From Geosiphon pyriformis uo1 (Eukaryota > Fungi > Glomeromycota): a stretch of DNA of 64,000 nt. Shown here piece after piece: positions 12,757 through 26,600 of this stretch (the first letter of the stretch is position 1; each line of letters opens with the position of its first letter). A model generated the notes under the pieces. It saw only the letters and a program-made list of their open reading frames with translations, did not search any database and had not been told where the DNA came from. A program made the translations under genes and the position numbers. The DNA lies in contig JAAOMT010000372.1 of NCBI GenBank assembly GCA_016748015.1, positions 62,001-126,000 of the forward strand, given 5' to 3'.

Positions 12757-15700
12757 GTAGCAATCATATTAGACACAACAACTTTAGAGTATTATTAGTC
12801 AATTTACACTTACTGTAAGCAAAGATTTAACATTCCAAACAGAATTAAAATTTTCAAGAAATCACTATACCAATATATTAAAAACTGCATCAACAATTAT
12901 TTTTTTGGAAATTACAATATTTTAAAAGTTAGAAACAATCTCTACAATAATTTATTGCACTATTTACAATCAAAAACTAAAGATCTTAACAGTAAAACAC
13001 TTGCCATCTACTTTTAAGAACTTAATCTTAATATTATCTAGTACTGTAAAGAAAAATACCCAGTACAATCTAAATACTCTTTTGACTTTGAATCAAAACC
13101 AGAAAATAGCAACAATAGAAAGCAAAAAAAGACACTTTGAGTTAGCCATACAATTCACAACACACCAAAAACAACTGCCAAATACTTACAAACACTTAAA
13201 CAAGGAACCAATATCAAATTACCATTTTCTATTACACCATTTTCAATTTTACTTGTTTAATCACAAACACCAAATTCACTACTTATCTATTTTTCAAGAC
13301 CAGAAGATTTTCAATTATCTAAAAATTCTATTCAACAGCAGGAACCAATATCAATCAGCATTAATTTTTTTGATTATTTACAGGAAAACAAAAGTAATCA
13401 TTTAAAGAACTTGAAAAGTGAAGAAACTGAATCAGAACAAGAAAAAACTATAAAAAACAAAGAAAAAATGGCAACTATTTATATTGCAAAGATTCCAGAA
13501 TTTACTGGTAAAAATAATGATACCAGTCTTTAAGAATGGCTTGACAAAGTCTAAAAAGCAGAAAATATAAACAAATAGAATGCTGCAAGAATGCTTAAAG
13601 CTATTTCCTATTTTTTTCAAGAAACAGCAAGCAAATGATTTGAAAACTTAGAAAAATTTTTTGAAAACTGGCAAGCATTCAAAGATGCTTTCTTATAACA
13701 ATTCACTGACAATAACATTTTTATCACTTTTTGAAATCACTTTTGCAATATCAAACAAGAAACATCTGAAACTGTCATGACCTATTTTGGGAGATTTAAT
13801 AAACTTCTTAGATGAATTTAACAATTAAAAACCAATGAATATTATTCCAATGCCCAGATTTTGAATCAGTTTATAGCAGAATTAAAAGATAAACTAATCA
13901 AGAAAGTTCATCCACATGTCCTAGCAGACTTAGCAACAGCCATTAGATATGCAAAAAACTATAAAATGGCAATAGAAGAAGCAAACCATATCAAATTTGT
14001 AAATCTTGCTATTGAAGAGACCAGTTTAGCAGCAGAAAAGAAAATTGACCAACTCACAAAAAAAGTTAAGAACTATTTTACCAATTAACAACAACATCAA
14101 CAACTACAAAGATATTAACTACCTCAATGATACAATCAAAACAACTACCCTTTATCATTCAACAATTAACCACAAAGCTGTCATTATTATAGAATTTCAG
14201 GACATTGGAAATAAAATTGTAAAAAAATGCAAAGAGACCAATAAAACAAAAATAATTAACATTATTTCCAACATCAACAGTCCTACTACCAACCTCTATT
14301 ATCAGCATATTACTTACCAAAACCACAATATTAGAACAACTATTACCAACCAGTCTCACAACCAATACAATAGCAACCTTCACAGATTTAACAATATTAG
14401 CCATTATTTATACAACAATACCAAGTACCTGTCCAAAAATTGGTTTAGCAAAACCAATTCATACTTCAAAATTAATTTCAGAATAATAACAACAGAATTA
14501 ATTCAAACAACCAATTGGTTCTCTAAAATCCTGTTTAGCAAAGACTTAGTTACTATTATATTTAATTTGGTTATCTTACAATGCCAGAAGAATCAGATTT
14601 TTAAACTGCACTTTTTAAAGGTAAAGCTGCAGCACCAAAATTATACTCTTCCAACAATACTATTTTATCAGCCCAAATTGCTCAAAATACCAATCTTTCA
14701 AATATATTTCTATTTGAATTTAAAGCCAATGAATCACTATTCTTGCTTAGCAATATAGCAGTCAATGAGCAAAAAGCAATCACTGCTATGTATACTAAAG
14801 CTGAAGTAAAAGAAAAACAAATCTGCTTGATTCTAGACAATGGATCTGTTGGAAGCATTATCACCTATTAATTGATGCAACAGTTTAGAAAAAATGTTGA
14901 CAGACCAACTTAAACTATAATTGTTATAGCTAATGGCATAAAAAAAACTCCAATAAGAAAAATTGACAACTTTCCATTTAACTCGATAGAATTATCATTT
15001 CAGTCAAAGTTTTAGTCATGGATGCACTTTAATACTAAGCTCTTGTCAGAAATAATTGGCTTTTCAAGACCAATACAAACTTAAACTAAGAAACCCAAAA
15101 ACTCAAGATTTCATACCAAAAACAATACACCAGAGTATCTGTCACTTGTAGTACTTTTAATAAATGATTTAAAAAAGCCCCAGTGTTCGAATTTGAAGAA
15201 AAGAAAAAAATGCCAATTACTAAAACATACATGGCTCTTAGATTAACATCTAATTGGACTGAAGAGACAAAACAAAAAATCTTTAAAGAAACCAGAGGAT
15301 AGAATGTTGTTTGATACTCTATACCAGAACCCCAGAAACAACCATCTTATATCTTACTTAAATATAAAGATTGCAAGAAAAAACTTTTAACAATGGGAGC
15401 ATGTATTTCCTCAAAAAAAAATATGAAACTTGCACCTGCTATTTTTGTAAAGCATATCATAAAAAATGATTTGGATATCTCAAATAAAGTGGAAAATAAG
15501 ACAATACTTCTTGTCTTATATGTAAAGACATGCTACCAGAAGAATACAACTGAATTGATATTGCAATAAAAGAAAGAGTATGTGATCAAATCTGTCAATA
15601 TGTCCTATCAATCTCGAAAAAAGTTAGAAGAAAAACACCATTTGATGCAGTATACAACAGTATTCTTAACAAACTTTATCACTACTCTTATAATGCTAAA

Positions 15701-16706
15701 ATGATTTTTGATTTAGCAATAGCTTTAATTAATAGAGCCACATAGGAAGATATCCACCAAATAAAAGAAGCTGAGTACATTAAATACACAATGCAATTAG
15801 CTGGATTCAACTATGAAGATGAAGTAAAAACATACCACCAAATTGCAAGCCACACTTACCCAATCCAAAAAGCTCAAATTCAACAATTAGAGCAAATGAA
15901 CATTCAATTATGTAAAAAATACATCATGTTTTGTAATAATAAATAGTGTTCAGAATGCTATGCTTTTAGCATCTCCTTATTTAGCAAAGATAACCAGGAG
16001 AAAATTGAGTTAAGAGAACTTAAACCAAAAGAAAAAATTGTAACAACTCCAATCTATCTTACTAAGAATCAACCAGCCTTACAATTCAAATACTTTAACA
16101 ACAATGGTCAAAGAATCAAGCCAGAAAAAATTCATAATATGAATATTGGATATGATCTATGATATCCAAAAAAAGATACTTTGATTTTCCAACCAAAATC
16201 TTTAACAAAAATCAATCTTAAAATTGCTTTCAAAATTTCACCAGAAACAATGGTTCAAATTGTTTCCAGATCATTATTGGCAAGCAAAAAAATCAATGTT
16301 AGAGGAAGAGTTATAGATGCAAAATACACTAAAAACATCACTATTATATTACAAAATGAAACTGAAAAACCATTCAGAATAAAACATGTTGAAAAGATTG
16401 CTCAAGCAATTTACCTATCTTTAATTAACATTTCAGAGTTGTAATTAGTTATTGACAGAAAACAATTAAGCAAAAGTGAAAAAGGAATACAAAATTTTGG
16501 TTCAACTAGATGATTCACAGTTGCAGTAAACATCTCAATACACAGAATCAATCTTACCAAATTCTTCAACTTTCTTAACCAATTACTATTTTACTTTTTA
16601 GAGAACATTATGAAATTTACACTTGCTCAAAACCCACTACTACCCAACAAATCTTTAAATTCAATAAACAAATCTGTTTAAAGCATAAAATCTCAGTCCT
16701 AAATGT
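12757..16706 (+). pseudogene. A1 ORF1 5' part (extension, gag, protease, Cys fingers, dUTPase)
   Basis: ORF fragments 13861-14088 and 16181-16444; colinear with A2-A4. Confidence 0.85.
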
Positions 16707-17691
16707 TGTTACCAGACAAAATTAGAGATATTGTTTAGCATGAAATTACCCTTATAAATCTTATCACTAATTAGCATATATTATTGTTTCAAATTATCAC
16801 TTATTACATTAGCAAAATATCCGAAATTATCATTTAATTAATAACTCAATTTGTACATAACACAAATGTAACCAAATTGCGATGATCAATCATGCAATAC
16901 CCCGAACTATGTAACATTCAAAAAGTTCGCCGAAATTTGTAGAAATTTGTAGAAATAATTGATAGTTCACCGAAATATTTAATAGTTCACAAAAATAACT
17001 TGTAGTTCACCAAAATGTATCTTTAGTTCAACAAAATTGTAGAAAATAGCAAAGTTCGAGTTTATAGAATAGTGTTATGACAAGTTGTATAAAAAAAGAG
17101 TGTCTCTCTTCGAGAAAATGTATCTTACTTCAGATTTAATAATTAGAATCAGCCTTTACACACAAAAACAAAATAAATATTAAATAAATTCGAAAAACCA
17201 AATTCTTAATTATTTCCCTTGGAATTAACTGATTCCTACTAACAGTTTAAATTGATTAGCTACCATTTTTAGTAGACTGTTAAAACACTTCCAGGCCTGG
17301 ATCCAAAACGACTTCCATAAATCATCAGTTTTACTTTTTTTTTTACATTTCTTTTATTTTCTTTCTTTTCTTATTATAAGTTATTTGGGTATCCTACAGA
17401 CAAGAGTTCCTGTAGAAGAGTTGACTTTCATAGCAAAGTAACTACACATTTTTAGTGAGCTTCCAGATGAGCAATTCTTGGGAAAGAGTTGATGTTTACT
17501 ACAATGTAACTATACAAAGTAACTGGCACAGAATTGGCCATTCCACTTATAAGCCCAGCAGTTCAAATTATAGGAAATAATTTGAAGATAAATTCAGTTA
17601 TTGGAGGTTCAAACACTTCCCATAGTTGTAAATTAACAGCATTACAATCAACATACAAGAGTTAAAAAGAGACCAAAAACCTCTGGTAACA
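16707..17691 (+). repeat. A2 5' LTR
   Basis: TGTTACCAG...CTGGTAACA inverted termini; TATA-like GTATAAAA near 17088. Confidence 0.95.
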
Positions 17692-17693
17692 TT

Positions 17694-17709
17694 TGGTGCT
17701 CTTCTACAG
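17694..17709 (+). promoter_or_regulatory. Family-A PBS (consensus TGGTGCTCTCCCACGG)
   Basis: 2 nt after the LTR; equivalent sites after the A3 and A4 5' LTRs. Confidence 0.8.
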
Positions 17710-17736
17710 AAACAACACAGCAAAAACAACTTCAAA

Positions 17737-20700
17737 GTGGTGACCACACCAGACGCAACAACTCTAGAGTATTACCAATCAATTTACACCCACTGCAAGC
17801 AAAAATTCAACATTCCAGATGGAATTGAAGTTGTTAAGAAATCAGTATACCAATACATTGAAAACTGCATCAACAATTATCTTTTTGGAAATTACAATAT
17901 CTCAGAAGTTAGAAACAACCTTTACAATAATTTAGCACATTATTCACAGTGGGGAACTGAAGACCTTAACAGTGAAACACTTGCCACTTACTTTCAAGAA
18001 CTTAATTTTAACATTATCAAGTACTGTGAAGAAACATATCCAGTGCAGTCTCAATACTCTATTGATTTTGAATCAGAGACAGAAACAAGCAACAAAGACA
18101 AACACAAATTGAAGCAATACTCAAAAACCACCCCAAATACCCCAATACTACCAAAAACAACTGCCAAACACTTACAAACACCTGAACAAAGAACCAGTTC
18201 AAAACTCACACTCATCATCACACTTTTTCCAGCTTCACTTGCACAAGCACAAACACCTAATTCACTCTTAAATCGATTTGCAAGACTAGAAGATTTTACA
18301 TCACCCAGAAGTCCCACCAGACAACAAAAACCCCTTCAAACTAGTTCTAATCTTCTTGATTTCTAGCTGAAAATCAAAGTGAACACTCTGAAACAGCAGC
18401 GAACAAAGAAAACAACTCTGAAATAACTGAAGAAGAATCAATAGACAGTGAAAACAAAGAAAATGAAATGACAGCATACATTGCAAAAATCCCTGAATTT
18501 AATAGAGAAAACATTGAAACCAGTCCCCAAGAATGACTTAACCAAGTTACTAAAGCTGGAGATGCAAATGAATGGAATGCTGCCAGAATGTTAAGAATAA
18601 TTCTCTACTTTCTCAAAGGAACAGCAGGAGAATGGTTTGAAAACTTGGCTGCTTTATTCAATGATTGAGACGCTTTCAAAGCACCCTTCCTTGAACAGTT
18701 CACCAACAATAATATCTCGATCACTCTTCAAAATCAGTTTCACAATATCAAACAAGAATTCTCTGAATCTGTTATGACTTATATTGGGAAATTCAACAAA
18801 CTTCTTAGACGAATTTGCCAACTCGAAACAAACAATTATTATTCCAATGCTTAAATCTTGGATCAATTTATCACTGGTCTAAAAAATAAACTTATTAAAA
18901 AGGTTCGCCCACATGTGCCAGAAGATTTAAACTCTGCCATACAGCATGTGAAAAGATACAAAATAGTCATGGAAAAGGCCAATTGCACAAAACTTGTAAA
19001 TTTGGCAATTGGGAGAAACCAGCTCAGCAGCTGAAGAGAAAATTGACCAACTCGCAAAGAAAGTCAAAAACTATTTTACCAACCAACAACAACAGCAATC
19101 CCAAAGATATTAACCACCCCAAAGACGGAATCAAAATAACTTTGCACCACTTTCTAATAACCAGCCTCAGAATTGCCATTACTGTGAAATCTCTGGCCAC
19201 TGAAAAAGAGATTGCAGAAAGCTACAATGAGACCAACAAAATAGAAGTAATCAACGTTACCCTCCACCACAGCAATCTTATTATCAACTACCACCATCAG
19301 CTTACTATCTACTAAGATCCCAATACCAAAATAACTATTATCAGCCTGCCCCACAGCCAATCCAACAGCAATACCAACAACCACTCACACAACATTATCA
19401 AGTATCTGCTCGAAGACTGATTACACAAAATCAATTCACACCACAAAACCAATACCAAGTAAACAACAATAGAATCAGTTTAAACAACCAATTAGTTCCC
19501 CGAAATTCAGCTCAGCCAAGACCCACCTATTATCATACTCAACCTAGCTATCTTACAATATCTGAAGAACAGGATTTTCACCATACTGTACTTTCGGAAG
19601 ATAGAGTTGCAGCACAACAACAAAACTCTTCCTATACTCCTACCACAATCCCACCAGCCAGAATTGCTAAAAACGCCAATCTTTCAGACATATTCCCTTT
19701 TGAGTTTGAAGCAAATGAGTCACCATTTCTGCTCAGCAATGTGGCTGCCAATGAACAAAAAGCAATCACTGCTATGTACACTGAAGCAGAAGTCGAAAGA
19801 AAGGCAATTTGCTTGATCCTAGACAGTGGATCTGCCGGAAGCATTATTACCTACCAGTTAATGCAACAGTTGAAGAAAAATGTCAACCGACCAGCTCAAA
19901 CAGTAATTGTCACTGTCAATGGCATGAAAAAAACTCTAGTAAGAAAAATTGACAATTTTCTGTTCACTCTTGATGGAATCACCATTCCAGTCAAAGTTTT
20001 TGTAATGGACGCACCCCAGTACTAAGTTCTCATTAAAAATGATTGGCTTCAAAAAGCCAATGTTAATCTGAATTGGAAAACACAAGAGTTAACAATCTCC
20101 TACCAAGGACAACATGCCCGGGTATCTGCCACTTGTAGTACATTCAACAAATGCTCCAAAAAAGCTCCGACTTTTGAATTTGAACTGAAAGAAGAAAAGC
20201 TCATCATTGAAACATTTATGACACTTGGATCAACCTCCAATTGGGCCAATGAAACTGAACAACAGTACTTTTCAACAAATGATTCTCTTGAAACAGAAGA
20301 ACCAATGACAACCAGATGGAATGTCCCCTATTTAAAACTAGAACCACAAAAACAATGCCCCTACATTCCACTCAAATGCAAGAACTGCCACAAGAAACTC
20401 TCCTCAATGAATGCCTGCATTTCACCTGAAGAAAAATATGAAAATCATACTTGTTATTACTGCAAGACTTGCCATAGAGAATGATGGAGCCATCTAATAA
20501 AAAGAAGTGGAAAATAGAATAACACCCCTTGTTTGACTTGTGGAGATATGCTACCAGAAGAATGCAATTGGATTGATGTAGCAATAAAAGGAGGAGTCTG
20601 CAATCAGATCTGCCAATATGCTTTATCAATTTCAGAAAAAGTAAAAAGAGGAACACCCTTTGATGCAGCATACAACAGTGCTTTCAACAAACTTTATCAC

Positions 20701-22738
20701 TACCCCCATGATGCCGAAATGATTTTTGACCTAGCAATAGCTTTAATCAACAGAGCTGCTTAAGAAAATGTTTGTCAAATAAAAGAATCAGAATACATTG
20801 TATACACCTTTGAAATTGCTAGATACAACTATGAAGATAAAGTAGAAGTATATCACCAAATTGCCAGTCACACTTACCCGACCAAAGAAGTTCAAGCTCA
20901 ATAACTAAAGCAAATGAACGTTAAATTGTGTGAAGAATGCATAATGCCCTGCGATGAGCAATGGTGCCCTGAATGCTATGCTCTTAGCATTCCCTTGCCC
21001 AGTGAAAATGATGAAAATGAAATTGAATTTGGAGAACTTGAAGCAACAGAAGAAATTGAAACAACACCCATCTATCTTATTGAAAGTCAGCCTGCCTTAC
21101 AACTCAAATACTTTAACAACAATGGACAAAGAATAAAACCTGAAAAAGCATATGAAATTGATGCTAAATATGACCTAAGATATCCAGACAAGAATACTCT
21201 TGTTCTCAAACCCAAATCTCTCACAAAAATCAACCTCAAAATTGCACTCAAAATCCCGCCAGGAGCAATGGTTCAAATCTTCTTCCAGTCCTCTCTGGTA
21301 AGCAAAAGAATCAATATCAGAGAAGGAATAATTGATGCTAGATATATGGGAAACATTACAGTAATGCTTCAAAATAAAACTGACAAACCATTCAAGATCG
21401 ACCATGCTGAAAAAATTGCCCAAGCTATTTACCTACCCCTAATCAACATTTTGGGTTTGCAACTAGTCAATCAAAGAGAACAATTAGGAAAAAGTAATAG
21501 AGGAACCCAAGGTTTTGGTTCAACTGGACGATTTACAGTTTCAGTTAATATAGCTCTTAACACACAGAACAAATCCCACCAGATTCTCAGACTTCTACAA
21601 CCAATTACCATCTCACCCTTTGGAGAACATCCAGAAATCTACACCTGCTCAAAGCTAACAACCACACAACAAATTTTTGAGTCCAATGAACAAGTCTGCT
21701 TGGAACATAATATTTTGATCCCAAACATTTATATTCTAGAAGAAACAAAAAAAGTCTGAGTTACTTTTTACAATCCCAACAATTACCCCATAGTTCTATT
21801 AAATAACTTAGAAATTGGAGTCATTCACAGTAATATCTTTCAACAAGAACTACCCCAGACAGTTCCCAATTTTTCGGAAATCATTGGACATTCACTACCA
21901 AAAATTAACCCAAACTCTAGCTCTGAAAACTACCATGTTGTCATGGAAAAACTATCTCAAATCAACATAGGACAACTTGAACCACAACAATAGAGCCAAC
22001 TCAAAGAGTTAATTGCAAAATTTGCTGATATTTTTGCTAAAAACAACAATAACTTAGGAAGAACCAATTTGGTTTAACACTAAATTTATACAGAAAATGC
22101 CAAACCAAGAAGACAACAAGCATATTGAGTTGCTCCAGAAAGCCACCAATTCATCCAAGAAAAAATACAACAAATGCTTAACAATGGGCTCATCCAACCC
22201 TCCATGAGTCCTTGGGCTTTATCTGTAGTGCTAGTTAAAAAGAAAAATGGAAAGATACGATTTTGTGTTGACTACCAACAACTCAACAGTATTACAATTG
22301 GAGATGTTTACTCCCTTCCTCGAATTGATGACATGTTAGATGCCCTTGGAAAATCTAAATACTTTTCAACACTAGATTTAGAAAGCAGTTACTGGCAAGT
22401 TGCTATGGATCCCAAAAATTGCCCCAAAACAGCATTTACCACCCAAGGTGGAAATTACGAGTTCAATGTAATGCCTTTTGGATTATGCAATGTACCAGCA
22501 ATGTTTCAGAGATTAATAAATGTTGTGTACCAAGGACTTTTTTGAAAATCAGTAGTCATTTATCTTGATGATACTGATATTTATTCTCCATCGTTTGAAT
22601 TATACTTAAAACACCTGCGAGAAGTTTTTTAATGATTACAAAAAGCAGGATTAAAACTCAACATTGAAAAATGCTATTTTAGAAAAACAAGCTTGGTCTT
22701 CCTTGGTCATATCATTAGTAAAGATGGAATCAAACTGG
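17737..22738 (+). pseudogene. A2 ORF1 5' part (GTG-start extension, Gag from ATG 18468, CCHC, protease, Cys fingers, dUTPase ~21100-21528, RT)
   Basis: ORF track fragments with LILDSGSAGS, RGTQGFGSTG and FCVDY motifs. Confidence 0.9.
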
Positions 22739-23586
22739 TGTTACTCATAGAAATATAGGAAATATATTAGCATAATTATTAACCAATCAGAAGTCAGCAT
22801 AGTAAATATGGAATTCCAGGATTCCTCTCAGGAATTGCAGGATTCCTAGAATTCCAGGATTCTTCTCAAAAGAATCGCAGAATTCCAGGAATTCCAAGAT
22901 TCCTGTCATGAAGAATCAAAGAATTGAGGAATCTCAATTATGTATATATAGCAGTAGTATTAAAAACAGAAAAGACAGAATTGATACTACAGAATCCTTA
23001 GCCTAGAAACACAATCATCAAATAAATAATTATTCATATCTCAACTCACTCTCTACTATCAACACTTTATGTTGATAGTAATTGATACTTAACTACACTA
23101 GAACAATAGCTCTTGATCATGGCTATTGACGGGATACTAATCTGCAAATCGCCTTGGCTTATTTCTTTTCTTTCTTTATTTTTCTTTTATTTTCTTTTTC
23201 TTGATTTTATTTTGATTTGTTGTTGTATACTAATTGATTAAAAGGATTAAGCACTGAGTTATTGACATCAAGAATAGCCTGGTAAAAGACCCAGAAATAA
23301 GGGTAGAATTTTATATATTATCAGATAGCTTACCAGAAGGGCATGACTGCCAGACTAAATCTGGCCACCACACTGAGAAAGAAATTGGGAAAACTCTGGG
23401 AAAGATACATCTATTATCGACACTATTGAATCTCTGTCCATTATACAAAAGACTCAACCAAAACCTTCATATCCATCAAAACCTTCAGATACAACACCTT
23501 CAGATCACTATCAACTGCTATTAGCTTCGAGCACCAAGTTATGGGTTTGTTATTTAATTCAACAACAGAAATAATCACCTGTAACA
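22739..23586 (+). repeat. B2 5' LTR with GGAATTCCAGGATTCC repeat array
   Basis: TGTTACTC...CCTGTAACA; closely similar to 32013-32898. Confidence 0.95.
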
Positions 23587-23588
23587 TT

Positions 23589-23605
23589 TGGTGCTCCCTG
23601 TGAGG
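23589..23605 (+). promoter_or_regulatory. B2 PBS TGGTGCTCCCTGTGAGG
   Basis: 2 nt after the LTR; complement CCTCACAGGGAGCACCA has the form of a tRNA 3' end. Confidence 0.85.
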
Positions 23606-23648
23606 TATAATTTTACAGAGAACCAGCACCAACAACACCAAACCAAAA

Positions 23649-26600
23649 GTGGCAGAATCAGAAACTATAGGAGCAAACCATTTAGGATTCGCAAAATCTT
23701 TATTTCAACACTATTGTCAATACTTGGGATTAAACCACAATTATATATCTGCCAAATCAGCCTTTAATTTCTACGTTAACAAAAAGATTTCTTCTTTATT
23801 AGGAACACCAGTGAATACTGAATCAGCAAAGGAAACTTTCTATAGAAAATTAATTCAAAATACCAACCTGCCAACAAATCATAATTTCACATCCATCATC
23901 ACTGAGATCAACAAAGAAATTGAACATCACATTCAACAAAGATATCCAATTACATACACTAGTAAAGGCAAGGGAAAATTACAAACACCAGCAGTAACAC
24001 CCAGAAAAATACAGCTACCTGCTTGGAAGAAAAACAGAGTTGAATCCCCAAGCAACTCATCCTACCACTATACACCTGAAAGCGCCATCAACATATCATT
24101 AACAGACGTATGCACATCAACTACGACATCAGCATTTGGATGATTCCCATTCCAAAGTAGACAAAGGAAAACAGAATTGTTAGGACCATACGGCGAATAC
24201 TTTGAGGAATTTAATTCGCGATTATCAACCCCATCAAGACTTTGATTACCACCACCTCCACCAGATTTCGGAATTTCTGATCTGTGGGAAGCAGCAGAAT
24301 CAGAAAAGAAGGAAGAAGAATCAGAAGATCAAGAATTCACTTACCAGCACTCGAACACTGAAAACCCGGAAGTTGAAACCCCGAACATTCAAACTTAGCA
24401 ACAGTTAGAAAATCTGGAAATCGAAACCCCGAATATTCGAATGCTGCCAAATCAAAGAAATCAAAACCCTGAATTAATTCATCAGCAAAACTTATCTCCG
24501 GTAATCATCATCAATCAACCACCGATTAATCCCATAGCCGAACCCATACAACAACCACTTCAGCTACCACCCCAACAGCCAGGACAACAACCACTGCTTC
24601 AACAACCACCACAACCACCTAACTTAGATCCAATGGCCTATGCACCAATCGCAAAACTTGACAACTTTACTGGTGAAGAGGATGATGCTTAAGTATGGCT
24701 GAATGATGTAGAAAAGGCCATCGCAGCCAACAGATGGAATAATGCTCGAGCAATGCAAGCCATTTCCTACTTTCTCAAGAATATCGCCAATTCATGGTAT
24801 TAAAGCCTAGTTAATAAACCACAAGATTTCAATGCCTTTAAAGCGGAATTCCTAAGATACTTCAACAACAACAATAGCATCAATCGCCTAATCAATACAT
24901 TCACCACCATGAAACAAGAAGAAACAGAAGCAGTTACCACTTACCTGGAATGCTTCCATTGAAACCTACGCCAAATTCAAGCAATTGATGCCAACTATTT
25001 CACAGCCTCACAGATATTCAATCAGTTTATCCATGGCCTGTGCAGCAGCATCTTGCAACATATATGTTCATTGCATTCTGGCACACTTCAAGATGCAGTT
25101 ACACGTACCAGAGATTTTGAATCTGCTGAGTCAGAGGCTAACCATGCCCAAGCTGTTAATCTAGTAATGAACAGATCATCTGAATTGGATTCTAAATTGG
25201 AGAAGTTCAGTGAATTAATCAATAAAAGATTGGAAGGATACTTAGCTGACAATCACACCATTTATCAGCCTCTACAACAATGCAATAATCAAGAAAACTC
25301 TAATTGTGCCCAAAATCAACCATGCCCATCTTCATTAACCAATCAACAGTGGCAATAGGAAACACGTATCTGCCACTATTGTGGTAAACAAGGACATATC
25401 CAAATTGACTGTCGCCAGCGTCTAAATAACCAATGATCAGGAAATCAATATCAAAACCCCAATCGCCAATTCCAAACTCCGAATCATTATCCAAATTAGA
25501 ATCAAGACCAATATCGAAATAATTACCTGCCCATGATGCAGCAACCAATCTATCACCCGCCAGTATATCAACCTCTGATTTATCAGCCACAGCCACAAGT
25601 AATATATCAACCACAGCCACAAATTATCTATCAACCCCAACCAATTCAAACACCAACCCAGAACCCAGCTCAAATGACATTAGACAACTCTTGATCCAAA
25701 GTCACTCAAAACTGGAGATCGGCAATAGTTGTTCACCAACTGATCTCCAGTTTACTAAACTCACCATCAGGATCATGCACCTGGAATTTGGGTACCAGTT
25801 GCATCCAAAACCCAAATTCTCAACATTATTTAAGTCTCCTAGTTACCCCAGAAAATGCCACATCCAACAACACAGAATTCAATCAGCACATACCTACCAA
25901 CACCATTCCACTGGCAACCATCTCTAGCGACGAATCCCTAGCAGCCATCTTTCCTTTTGAACTTGAAGAAAACACAACAATACCGTTATTCAGTGGAGCC
26001 GCTCTCAAAGAAAAACTCATAACAGCAATGTACACGGATGCCAGAGTTGATGGTCATCCCATCAAACTCATCCTAGATAGTGGATCAGCTGGCAGCATAA
26101 TCACTAAACAACTCATGAATCAATTAGGTTGCCGAGTTGATCAAGCTGCCAGCACCAGAATCATCACAGCCAATGGAGTGACCAAAACTCCAATCAGTGA
26201 AATCGATGATTTCCCTTTTGAAGTCAATAGCATCATAACTCCCATTAAAGTTCTAGTAATAGAAGCCATTCAATACCAAGCTCTTATTGGTAATAACTGG
26301 CTATTTAAAGCCAACGCAACATTAGACTGGAACACCCAGGAACTCCAGCTAATGTATCAGGGCCAACACATATGTGTTCTGGCCACATGTGGCCACTTTA
26401 AAACTCCTCCAAGAGAGAAACTATTGATTGAGCTGGAGGAGGAGAAAGAAAAGCCTACCTGGAAAGCCTACCAAGTATCGTGGGCTGACAAAAAGCACAA
26501 CAAGCTGCTGCCAATACTCTTCTGGAACGACAACAACAAGAAAAAAGGGAAACAAAAGAAAAAACTTACCTGGGAAACCAATGATCTGACATGGACCGAC

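Noticed and set aside
13001-14758. ORFs 13001-13405 and 14045-14758 as independent genes
   Set aside because: Alternative-frame readings of the decayed A1 extension and the Q-rich gag tail
18051-19844. Recurrent antisense ORFs in A copies (e.g. 18051-18317, 37121-37387, 56083-56298, 19632-19844)
   Set aside because: Short shadows of A/C-rich sense coding sequence; they recur only because the copies are paralogous
22808-22935. Palindromic repeat arrays resembling CRISPR (also 58735-58890 and 5178-5258)
   Set aside because: No unique spacers and no cas genes; the arrays are LTR-internal and the B2 array is duplicated in both LTRs
23150-23245. Intron or self-cleaving ribozyme within LTRs (T-tract, TACTAAT, AG)
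   Set aside because: No convincing conserved donor or hammerhead core found by eye; the T-tract could equally be a polyadenylation element
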